This document shows, one piece after another, positions 27,731-39,814 of a DNA stretch of 64,000 bases. The stretch's first letter is position 1. Each line of letters starts with the position of its first letter. The notes under the pieces were generated by a model, which worked only from the letters and a program-made list of their open reading frames with translations, was not told the DNA's origin and did no database searches. A program made the position numbers and the translations under genes. This DNA comes from Octopus vulgaris (taxonomy: Eukaryota): assembly GCA_951406725.2 (NCBI GenBank), contig OX597817.1, positions 42,160,001 through 42,224,000 on the forward strand. The letters are read 5' to 3'.

Positions 27731-28629
27731 TAACAATAAAATCAATGAAACGTGAGGTTTATATCACAGTATCCTGTGATGTGGTGACATTAATGACAAA
27801 CAGGTAGGCTGTAGTTGTAAGTGTTGTTAACCCTAGATCAGCCCTGAAATAGTAGAACTATGATTAGTCATTCCAGCCATGACTATCTCAACATTTTTAT
27901 TCAGATGTTGTGTACCTAGAACTACATCATCAAATATGTCCTTCTTTTCTAAGATGGTAAAGAGCAACTGGAGGAAGATTTGTTTGCTGTTTCTGGCACA
28001 TCATAGAACCATATCTCTTTTTCTCTATCTCTCTTCCTCTTGTTTCGCCCTCTTTCTCTCCCTTTTTGCTCTATCTCTCTCCTTCTTTTTTCTCCCTCTT
28101 TCTCTCTCTTTTTCTCTATCTCTCTCCTTCTTTCTCTTTCTCCCCTCTCAAACATACACACACACACACACGCACACGCACACACACGCACACGCACACA
28201 CACACACACGCGGTGGTTACAGTAAATTACATAGATGTGAAATTTGCCGTTGGGTTTCAGAAATTGGTGGAATCTTAAAGGCACTTTGGCAGGCAATGGC
28301 AGATAAGTGAAAATAATACATTGTCTATTTTTATGATAACAAATTCTACCTACCACTTCTAATTGGGTGTCAAATATATTGTAAAATTGTTTGCGTTTAT
28401 TGTATTGTCATCTCATACAAACTCGGATAATACCTTTCCATTGTCCAAGAGGATGGAAGTGTTGCTAAAGATGGATTTACAGCAGCAACAAGAAATGGTC
28501 TAAATGAATTTGGGAATGATTGATTTAGCTAAAGAGTAATAGGAATCTGGAGATGGGTTTCCTTGAATCGAAACCATCGTAAACCATAAATGTTCTGTTG
28601 AGTAATCCAGAACGTGGTAGTTGCAACTG

Positions 28630-29790
28630 CAGAAATCCCAATCCGGTAAGTCTGGATGTTTTATTACACACACAAACACACATAATACACACATATATGC
28701 ACACACACACACACATACACACATATATGCACACACAAAATACACACGTATATGCACAAACATATACATACATATTACACACATATATGCACACACACAT
28801 ACACACATATTACACATATATATACACACACACATACACACATATTACACACATATATGCACACACACATTTACACATAATACACACATATATGCACATA
28901 CACACATATATGCACACACAAAATACACACATATATGCACAAACATATACACACATATTACACACATATATGCACATACACACATAATACACACATAATA
29001 CACACATATATGTACACACATAATACACACATATATGCACATACACATACACACATAATACACTCATACACATATAATACACACATATATGCATGCACAC
29101 ATACATACATATTACACACATATATACACACACACATACACACATATTACACACATAATACACACATACACACATAATACACACATATATGCATGCACAC
29201 ATGCATTTCTTGCACACACACCTACATACTCACACATGTGCTCATGTATGCATGTGCGCGCACACATATGCTTGCACACATGTGCACAGAGATCTCAATC
29301 CTGTAAGCCCAGATGTTTTATTATACATGTTTCTTGTGCACACACACATGCACACATGTATACACACACATATGCTCATGTATGCATGTGCACACACACA
29401 CACATGCACACATGCATACTCACACACACATGTACTCATGTATGCATGCATGCACACGCACACACACATACACACACACAAATACAAAGACACACTCATG
29501 TGCATATATCTGCAGAGAAATCCCAAGCCAGTAAGCATTGATGCTTTATTACACCCATTTCTACACACACACGTACAAACACACAGACACACACATGCAC
29601 GCATGCACACTCACATACATGTGTGCATGCACACACACACAAACTTTGAGGCACACACACACATGCACAGAAATCCCAATCCACTAAGTTCTCATGTTTT
29701 ATACCACACATGTATGCACACACACATGCAGACATGCATGTACACACACACACAAACACCGAGATGCACACACACACACACATATGTGCG
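28630..29790. repeat. CA-rich minisatellite punctuated by four copies of a ~40-bp unique motif
   Basis: cagaaatcccaatccggtaagtctggatgttttattacac-like motif at ~28631, 29287, 29513, 29668. Confidence 0.8.
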
Positions 29791-29924
29791 CACATGGGCA
29801 GCTGACTTGAGGCTATTTGTGTTGAGATGTTTCAGAACTTGAGAGAAGCATAAAACTTTGCATGTTTATCTTTCATAAGAGAAGGAAAAATACTGCTCAA
29901 AATATTTTCCATCAACAGTTATAA

Positions 29925-30333
29925 TCTTTTCTACTCTAAGCACACGTTACGAAATTTCGAGAGAGGGGGATCCAGTTAAATAGATCGACCCCAGCATGCA
30001 ACTGGTACTTAATTTATCGACCCTGAAAGGTTGAAAGACAAGGTCAACCTTGGCAGAATTTGAGTTCAGAACGTAAAGATAGACAAAATACTGCTAAACA
30101 TTTCACCTGGTGTGCTAATGTTTCTTTTCTACTCTAGGCACAAGGCCCGAAATCTTTGAGGAGGGGAGCAGTCAATTAGATCGACCCCAGTATGCAACTG
30201 GTACTTAATTTAGCGACTGCAAAAGGATGAAAGGTAAAATTGATCTCAGTGGAATTTGAACTCCGAACATAAAGACACAAAATACTGCTAAGCATTTCAC
30301 CCGGTGTGCTAACGATCCTGCCAGCTTGCCACC

Positions 30334-30394
<61 letters not shown>

Positions 30395-30630
30395 TAATAA
30401 TAATAATAATAATCTTTTCTACTCTAGGCACAAGGCCCAAAGTTTTGGGGGAGGAGGATCCAGTTGATTAGATCGACCCTAGTATGCAACTGGTACTTAA
30501 TTTATCAACCACAAAAGGCTGAAAGGCAAAGTCGACCTCAGTGCAGAATTTGAACTCAGGATGTAAAAACAGATGAAATACCACTAAGCATTTTGCCTGG
30601 CATGCTAACGTTTCTGCCAGCTCGCCGCTT
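29925..30630 (-). mobile_element. Three tandem SINE-A variant copies
   Basis: Repeated tctactctaggcacaaggccc..gatcgaccccag..ctggtacttaatttatcga. Confidence 0.88.
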
Positions 30631-31394
30631 TCCAACAACAGTTATAATCGACTTAATATGGATACAGAAGACTGAACATGCCTTCTTTGTTACATTTATA
30701 GACCTGAGTGCCTTCCAAATGGCAGAGTTCCACATAGTGATGTTACTGTTCAGTGTTGCAACAGGTTTGTTCTAAACGACACCCAACAACAAAAGTCACA
30801 TGGGTTCAAGTTCAACTTCCTTGAGTACAAATAGTAGATGAGTGGTATAAGCTTCACCTAGAAATGACCCTGTTCATGCTTTGAAGCCTATGGTTGTGTA
30901 GAGTCTTGAACAGGTACAAATTCATTCAGATCATAATGTCTAATGATCACAACATCAGAAATTCAGCATCATCATCGTTTAATCATCATCTGCTTTCCAT
31001 GCTAGCATGGGTTGGACGATTTGACTGCGGACTGGCAAACCAGATGGCTGCACCAGGCTCCAATCTTGATCTGGCAGAGTTTCTACAGCTGGATGCCCTT
31101 CTTAACGCCAACCACTCTGAGAGTGTAGTGGGTGCCTTTATGTGCCACAGGCAAGAGGGCCAGTCAGGCGGTACTGGCAACGGCCACGCTCAAATGGTGT
31201 TTTTTACATGCCACCTGCACAGTAGCCAGTCCAGCGGCACTGGCATCAACCTTGCTCAAACGTTTTTTCATGTGCCACTAAGGCAACGCTGGTAACAATC
31301 ACACTCGAATGGTGCTTTTTACGTGCCACCAATACAGAAGCCAGTTAGCTGCTCTGGCAATGATCAAATATTCAGTAGTGTTATTTGTTAAGAC

Positions 31395-31813
31395 CAGGGT
31401 AGGATTAAAACCTATAGAGGCCCAAACACTTAAATGGTTTTGGTGTCCCCATGTGTAATTCAAAATATAAACAATAATAAACCATAAAATGAATTTTTAT
31501 TGTTAGAAATAAAACAAAGCTAGCATTAAGTTGGAAAATAATATTTATTTTTGTATATACTTCCGTTTTATTTATAGTTGAAGAGCTTTCTCCTACTCTT
31601 TTAATTGCAAAGTCTTTGACCAAATCTTCAGAATTAATCAGTAACACATCTGCTTCTTTACTTAGTAGAAATAAAGGCATCCCAAATATCATTTTAACAA
31701 GTTTAAAGTGATTTCTTTTGTGCCGTAAACCATTTACCATTTCTGTGGTGCCCCCTAATTCCCTTGATGCCCTAAGCACGTGCTTATTTTGCTTAATCGG
31801 TAATCCAGCACTG
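31395..31813 (-). mobile_element. Internally deleted hAT transposon
   Basis: Imperfect TIRs cagggtaggatta / taatccagcactg; 8-bp TSD gttaagac (31387) / gttaagat (31814); minus strand LLSKEADVLLINSEDLVKDFAIK resembles the end of the hAT dimerisation domain. Confidence 0.85.
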
Positions 31814-32160
31814 GTTAAGATATATTTCGGTGAAATGAGGTGCCATCCCTTGTTTATCACTTTCAACAAGTCCAAACTCTACCTCCGAGGTTTTGGGAGG
31901 TTCGAATGCAATAGTCCTGTAGTTGTACCATTTGATGTGTTGGTCAACGGCAGATATCATTCAATGAAGACTCCCACTTTCGCTCACATATACTTAAGGT
32001 AACTGAAAAGCTTTAAAACTCTCCGAGGTTTAACAGCATCAGAACAGATTGGAAACATAATTTTATGCCAAAGACATTTTTAATTACCCAGTGTATCCAT
32101 CCTCCTGCTCACACATGGTCTTGGTCCTGCCTTTGGACGGATTTACTGTAAAAGATCATT

Positions 32161-32493
32161 TTAACCATTTTGATACCAACCTGGCTGAAACCAACTCTGG
32201 TTCTGAGTACAAATAAGTTTTGAATTGAAATCTTCAACCAAACCTTAGTCGCAATTTATGTTCCTAACACTAGTTGAATGATACTAAAGTTATTTTAATA
32301 AATTCTTTGTTATATTTAAAGTAATTGAAAGACACACAGAGCATCTCAACAGAAATATGATAACAAAAGGATTAACAAATGACTAATTCAACCCTTTTGA
32401 TAGTAACCCGGCTGAAACCGGCTCTGGCTCTGAGTACAAATATCTTGTTTTCATAAGTTTTGAATTGAAATCTTCCACCAAACCTTAGTCACA
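32161..32493. mobile_element. TTAA-flanked (piggyBac-like) MITE plus truncated tandem copy
   Basis: ttaaccattttgatacc...taacaaaaggattaa (32161-32375), repeat at 32388-32493; opposite-orientation copy at 42195-42424. Confidence 0.65.
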
Positions 32494-32659
32494 AGAAACT
32501 GATAGAATAAGTACTGGGGTGGATTTTTCCGACTAAAATTTTTCCAAAGGGGTACTCCAGCATGGCCACTGTCAAATGACTGCAACAAGTAAAGCTTCTT
32601 GATTTATGATACTTATTTAAACATAAAATTCGAAAATAGTTTCAGTTTAAGTTGTCCAG

Positions 32660-32686
32660 ATCTGTGTGTATGTGTGTGTTTGTGTG

Positions 32687-32719
<33 letters not shown>

Positions 32720-32990
32720 TTGTGTGTATGTGTTTGTGTGTGTGTTTGTGTGTGTATGTGTGTGTGTGCATGTCTGTATGTTTGTGTACATGTGTGTGTG
32801 TATGTGTGAGTGTTTGTATGTGTGTGTTTGTGTGTATGCTAGTGTGTTTGTGTATGTGTGTATGTTTGTGTGTGTGCGTTTGTGTGTGTGTGTATACATG
32901 TGTATGTGCATGTGTGTGTGTGTTTGTGTGTGTGATTGTGTGTGTGTGTGTATGTGTCTCTGTGTGTGTGTGTGTGTGTGTGTGTACACA
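32660..32990. repeat. (TG)n imperfect microsatellite
   Basis: Direct inspection. Confidence 0.95.
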
Positions 32991-35068
32991 CGATTCAAAA
33001 TTGGGATTTGTTATTTGCAACCATGAAATTTATGATAAACATAAACCAGACAAATCAAAAACCAGACTGATGATGGAAACAATAAACCGATCAGTCAAGA
33101 TTGATGAATGTGCAACAAATTCTTTGAACAAACAGCCGACCCGCCATACAATATTGTTCTCCACAGTGTTTATCACACAAGACGTCCGACATTCAAATGA
33201 AGTTTGCTAAAAGTATTTAGTCACCAAATGTTGTTTATTTTGCTATCTTTCACTTTTTACATGTCTCAGTCATTAGATTCTAGCCATACTGGGGCACTGA
33301 CTTGAAGAATTTTAGTCGAATGAGTTGACTATAATACTTACTCCTTTTAAGCTTGGTACTCACTTTATTAGTCACTTTTGCCCAAGCACTCAGTTATGGG
33401 GACATAAACACACCAATACCATTTGTCAAGCAGGAGGGGAAAACACAGACACAAAGACACAGAGACACACAGATAAACACACACACACACACACATGCTC
33501 ACACACACACACACACACACACACATATAATCTTGTGAGTGGAGTTGATAGATGGAAACTAACAATATATATGTGTGTGTGTATATATATATATATATAA
33601 ACGCTGTAAAGCTAAATACTTTATGGACGTGAAACCTAGGGTAATCCCATGGACTGGCCTTATCTATCTTGATATATATCATCATCATCATCATATATAT
33701 ATATATATATATATGAAGGGTTGCACTTGCAACCCCTATCTCAATTTGTAACTATATATATATAACTTAATACTAAAACTCTAGCGATGTTTGTTTGTAC
33801 CTGAAATATCTCAGAAATAGTATATTTTATCTTACTTTTTTTTTTGCATATTTATTTTCATACTTACCTTTGGCAGTGCAGAATAAATTTTTGTGGCATC
33901 TGGTCCTCTATTTATTAATGAAAACGAGTAAACACAATTTTTGTGTTTACTCATGACATCAACACACATACACACATACCGAATACAAACATATATAATG
34001 AATGTCATGGATTCGGTCAACATAAACACATGTCCACTATCTGTAACATATACACACACATAGTCTTCACACTCTCTAAGAAAAAAAAACGTTGACTTTT
34101 TGGTGTACACAATATTTTAATCATTTAGAAATATTTTTTACTGAATGTGATTTCAAAAATGTAAGTTGTTTGTACAGTAGGTATTTATATTTTAGCTTTC
34201 TGTAAATAGACCATATTTTAATGTTTTTTTAATTATTTTTAAGTCGTTAATTTCCATAAAAAATATTTTATTTATTTACTTTTGTTTTAGAATGAGAGGA
34301 GAAAGTGAAAGATGTATGTATGAAATGGACATATGCGTGTGAAAGAGAGAGAGAGAGAGAGAAAGAGAAGGAGGGAGGGAGAGAGAGAGTGAAGAGGTGT
34401 GTTGTCGTGTATATGTACATATATCAATACATATGCATACATCTTTTTTGTATGTACGTGTGCATGTGTGTGTGTGTGTGAGAGAGACAGAGAGTGAGTG
34501 AGTGAACGTGTGTGTTCCCATGGATGTGTAAGCGGCATTCTCTCTTTCTCTCTCACATGCACGCACACATACACACATACACATCCATTTCATATACACA
34601 TTCAGATATCTTTCACTTTCTTCTCTCACTTTAAAACAAAAGTGAATAAATAAAAACATTTTTACGGAAATTAAGGAACGAAACCAGCTGATCCAGATGA
34701 CAGTTCTGAGAGTCAAAGCAAAAGATCACCCCATGGGAATACCAATACAAGAAATTTTTTCAAATGCATTCAATGTATCTCAGCTCCAAAGATTTGGCTG
34801 CTATTTCTAGTATGCCCCGCTACCATGTAACTCCTATTTGCAATAAAGGACCAGAAATACTTGTTACATGGTAGCAGGGCATGCAAGAAATAGCAGCTAA
34901 ATCTTTCCTTTTCCAGTGAAAGAAGCTGTTTACACATGATTTTGATGCCACATTCGTTGAAAGCATGCAAAATAACCTAGATAAGAAAAAATAACCCATG
35001 AAACTCCATTGCTGAGTAACTCAAAGTTTCCAGGTGTCCCAACAGGTCACAGGTAGTCCAGTATATAT

Positions 35069-35730
35069 ATAAGGATAAAATTTTCCAAAAAAAATTTTAT
35101 CAGTGGCTAGCATATTAAAATACCTTTCAAGGTGAAAATCATAAACAATAATAAGGCGTAGAAGTTGCTGTGTAGTAAGTAACTTGCTTACAAACCACAT
35201 GGTTCCAGGTTCAGTCCCACTGCATGGCACCATGGGCAAGTGTCTTCTACTATAGCCTCGGGCCGACCAAAGCCTTGTGAGTGGATTTGGTAGACGGAAA
35301 CTGAAAGAAGCCCGTCGTATATATATGTATATATATGTATATATATGTATGTGTGTATATGATTGTGTATCTGTGTTTGTCCCCTCAGCACTGCTTGACA
35401 ACTGATGCTGGTGTGTTTAGGTCCCCGTAACTTAGTGGTTCGGCAGAAGAGACCGATAGAATAGGTACTAGGCTTCCAAAAAATAAGTCCTGGGATCGAT
35501 TTGCTCGACTAAAGGCGGTGCTCCAGCATGGCCGCAGTCAAATGACTGGAACAAGCAAAAGAGCAAAAGAGCAAAGAGCAAGGGCAAAAGAAAAAAAATT
35601 TTTATGCCAATATGCTGGAAAATAGACCTTAGATTGTCTAACCATATACAATATTGTATTTGGTTAGACAATCTAAAGTCTATTTTCCAGCATATTGGCA
35701 AAGAAAATATTTTTCTTTTGCCTTTATGAT
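35069..35730 (-). mobile_element. Fold-back family P-C, split by a SINE-B (35155-35580); spacer-less palindrome centred at 35652/35653
   Basis: 48-bp arms 35605-35700 with 2 mismatches; tail 35069-35152 matches 56900-56980. Confidence 0.8.
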
Positions 35731-36204
35731 TATTTATATATATATATATATTATTTATTTATATATTTCCAACGAAGAGCTATGCCCAAAATGTCAAAAG
35801 CTCTCTCTCTTTTTACAGAGCATAAAACTAATACACTCCATCTACACGTCCTCTTGTTTGTTATTGTGTTAATTTTGAAGTTCACTTATTTGATTTGACT
35901 CTGTGTGTGTGTGTGTGTGTCAGTGTGTGTGTTTGTCTCCCACCATCACTTGACTAATGGTGGTGTTGTTGTGTTTACATCCCTGTAACTTAGCAGTTCA
36001 GCAAAAGACACCAATAGAGTAAGCACCAGGTTCACCAAAGAAAAAAATTTAGTGCTAGGGTGTTGATTCATTTGACTCAAAATTCTTCGACAGCTGTGCT
36101 GAAGCTTGGCTGCAGTCTTATAACTGAAACAAATGCAAAGATAAGCATACCAACCTGTCTTCACACACAGCAAAGACAGCTTTAAAGCTATAGAAAGTCT
36201 TATA

Positions 36205-36803
36205 GGCGGCGAGCTGGCAGAATTGCTAGCACGCCGGGCGAAATGCTTACTGGTATTTCGTCTGCCATTACGTTCTGAGTTCAAATTCCGCCAAGGTCGA
36301 CTTTGCCTTTCATCCTTTCGGGGTCGATAAATTAAGAACCAGTTATGCACTGGGGTCAATGTAATCGACTTAATCCCTTTGTCTGTCCTTGTTTTGCCCC
36401 ACTCTGTTTAGCCCCTTGTGGGTAGTAAAGAAATAGGTATTTTGTCTGCCGCTACGTTCTGAGTTCAAATACCGCCGAGGTTGACTTTGCCCTTCATCCT
36501 TTCGGGGTCGATAAATTAAGTACCAGTTATGCACTGGTTCAATGTAATCAACTTAATCCGTTTGTCTGTCCTTGTTTTTCCCCACTCTGTTTAGCCCCTT
36601 GTGGGTAGTAAAGAAATAGGTATTTCGTCTGCCACTACGTTCTGAGTTCAAATTCTGCCAAGGTCGACATTACCTTTCATCCTTTTGGGGTCGATAAATT
36701 AAGTACCAGTTACGCACTGGGGTCGATGTAATCAACTTAATCCATTTGTCTATCCTTATTTGTCCCCTCTCTGTTTAGCCCTTGTGGGTAGTAAAGAAAT
36801 AGG
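36205..36803 (+). mobile_element. SINE-A trimer (one head plus three ~184-bp bodies) within one TSD
   Basis: TSD tatagaaagtcttatag (36189-36205) / tatagaaaatcttttag (36804-36820). Confidence 0.9.
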
Positions 36804-37158
36804 TATAGAAAATCTTTTAGCATTCCAGCTTGTCTTTAAATACAATTAATGAATAGTGAATCCATATTTGAAACAAAAACATCAAACTCAACAACTCAGT
36901 GTTGTTAACCAAATGATTTACCAGTTAGTTTAATGCAACTGGAACTGAAATACAGACTGAAAGCAAAAGAATAAGTTTGTTAGTTTTAGATTTTACAGAC
37001 AGGAATTGATGTGTTGGCCTATTGATTTGTCAGGCACTCAAAGATACAGTGAATTACCTGTTCAATGAAGAATGTATTAGATAAGGCCACAGCATTTTTT
37101 TTTAATGGATATAGTCGACTGAACGTAGAAAATATGTGCATGCGTGTGCTTCCATATC

Positions 37159-37261
<103 letters not shown>

Positions 37262-37919
37262 GTATATATATATATACAAGCAAATACGTATATATATATA
37301 TATAGATATAGATATATATATATACAAGCAAATACGTATATATATATATATAGATATAGATATATATATACACACACACATATATATATATATGTGTGTG
37401 TGTGTGTGCATGTATATATATCTATATCTATATATATATATATACATATTTGCTTGTACGTGTGTATGTGTATCTCAGTGTGTTTGTGATTGTACGTATG
37501 CATAAATGTATTTGGTATATTTCTGTTACTGGTTATGGATGACACTACACGTAAAGACATGTGTGCAGAAGCCTAACGAGTATGTTGGAATGAAATGGAA
37601 GATGATTCTTTGCAAAAGTTATGGAAGCATAAATGCTAAAAACACTGGTCGAAATATTGACCTTAAAAACAAAATGAGAAGACAGCGAAAAGGAAAAGGT
37701 TAATAATAAAACAGAATGAAGAATGCATCCAAGTTTTTGACTAATATCTGGCCACTGACCAGAAGCTAGGTTACATACATGGAGCTGTGGCTTCTTTTAG
37801 GAAATATATTTTTGCTTCAGCGATTCTGAAATGGTAAATGGCAATACCATCATTATCATCATCATAATGGTTTCTGGATTCTTTAACATTGTCTTCATTA
37901 TCATTATCAGCATCATCCT

Positions 37920-38108
37920 CTGCTGTTGTTGTTGTTGTGGCAGTTGTGGTAGTAGTAGTAGTAGTTGTTGTTGTTGTTGTTGTTGTTGCTGTAGCAGTTG
38001 TAGTAGTTATAGTAGCAGTAGCTGTAGTAGTAGTAGTAGTAACAGTAGTTGTAGTAGTTGTAATAGTAGTAGTAGTAGCAGCAGCAGCAGTAGCAGCAGC
38101 AGCAGCAA

Positions 38109-38159
<51 letters not shown>

Positions 38160-38178
38160 CAGCGGCAGCAGTAGTAGT

Positions 38179-38217
<39 letters not shown>

Positions 38218-38265
38218 TATAGTTGTAGTAGCAGCAGCAGCAGCAGCAGTAGTAGCAGTAGTAGC

Positions 38266-38316
<51 letters not shown>

Positions 38317-38400
38317 TGTAGCTGTAGTGGTAGTAGAAGTACCAGCAGCAGCAGACGTAGTGGTAGTAGTAGTAATAGTAGTAGTAGTGCTGGTGTTAGT
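37920..38400. repeat. (TGT/AGT/AGC)n compound microsatellite
   Basis: Direct inspection. Confidence 0.95.
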
Positions 38401-39078
38401 TATTGCTGTTTGGCCTCAGATATATTTTATGGAATGATGGAAAGCAATCCAACAGCAACCACCCTCTCTTTTTATAGGTGTACAAGAACTACATTATCTA
38501 TTTTCTTTTCTTTTCTTTCTTTTTTTCTGACTTAATGAATTTATGTAGGAAAAGGGGGTGCTATGTGTTTTTAGTCTTTGCAGACCCTCCAAGACTGATG
38601 TAATCAATGCAATAAAACTCCTTCTTGATCAGCTGAAATTCGATGTCAACAACAAAGACACATGCAGAGAGGAATCTTAGACGGATGATGTTCCGGGGAA
38701 GAAGGATTTGGAATAAAGGTGAGTGTGTTGTAGTTTGTGTTAGTGAGGGGATACCAAAAGCTTGAGAGTTGGGAATACCATATCTGAAAGCATAAAAGAT
38801 ACAGGCATATTAGATGCAACTCAATTTGAACAGCACATATTCAGGAAAAAAAAGTATATTTAGTTGTAATAGTTGCTGATCCATTCTTAGGATAATTTCA
38901 TTTACAGCACAAATAATAATAACCTAAAATTTTGGCATGGGGCCAGAAAATTTGGAGAAGGGGGGTTAAGTTAATTAGCCGAACCTACTATTCAATTAGT
39001 ATTGATTTTATTGACTCCAAAAAGATGATAGGCAAAGTTGACCACAGCAGAATTTGAACCCAGAACATTCGAATGGAC

Positions 39079-39552
39079 AAATTGGCTAGCCATGTATGGG
39101 ATCTGAAAACCAACTTCACACCACATACAATCATGTGTAGAATCATGGAGAAATCTTTGCCATATGTAAATGGATTGAAGAGATGCAATTCATGTGTAGC
39201 TCAAAGACCACACATTCTTTTTAAATCCAAGAATTCTACCACACTACTTAATTCCAGATCTGAAATTTTTAGCATATACAAGCATATTGACAAATTACTT
39301 TTGGAAAACTGGAGAACACTAACCTCTCCAGATTGAGCAGCTGTCTTTCATACTATGGACCCCCTCACCATTGAATTATCCTACACCAGCTCAATGAATT
39401 AAATACAATTTCTATGGTCAAAGGGATGTTACTCTAATTTTATTTCTTTTTATTTATTTATTAACATATTAATTTACAGATAAATTTCCTCTATTTACAT
39501 AATAATATTGAGGTCTCTTTCTTTCTTTTTGTTATCTTACCGTTTTTACCAA
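39079..39552 (+). mobile_element. Penelope-like element 3' fragment: GIY-YIG endonuclease C-terminus (39079-39336) plus 3' UTR ending in (TA)n
   Basis: LASHVWDLK..PY.NG.KRCNSC..LLNSRSEIFS.YKH fits the Naiad-type pattern WxLK..W..PY..CxxC..LLN.R.E...CxH. Confidence 0.8.
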
Positions 39553-39570
39553 TATATATATAGAGAGAGA

Positions 39571-39814
39571 GATGTACTTGCATAGCAAGTGATTTGATCT
39601 GAGATCATGTGCTGGAACAAAAACAATTGCAGCGTGGAAGGTGTTTGTAAGCCATTTAAGAAACACACAAAAGCCGTTCGATTCACTTCAACATTTAAGT
39701 TTAATTTGTCAAGCGACGAAAATATTTTGACAAATTAAACTTAAATGTTGAAGTGAATCGAACGGCTTTTGTGTGTTTCTTAAATGGTTTACAAACACCT
39801 TCCACGCTGCAATT
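39571..39814 (-). mobile_element. Fold-back family P-D: 88-bp arms 39625-39712 / 39727-39814 plus one-sided tail
   Basis: One mismatch between arms; spacer gcgacGAAAatatt resembles a hammerhead 3' half; flanked by (TA)n/(GA)n. Confidence 0.8.

Noticed and set aside
28600-28645. Kringle-like CRNP peptide
   Set aside because: Only four residues match and the frame has a stop just upstream
28630-29710. Repeat-spacer pattern resembling a CRISPR array
   Set aside because: Degenerate repeats, low-complexity spacers of 110-620 bp, no cas genes, eukaryotic context
33064-33097. CTGATGA-containing hairpin as a hammerhead or SECIS
   Set aside because: No GAAA core for a hammerhead; helix II far too short for a SECIS
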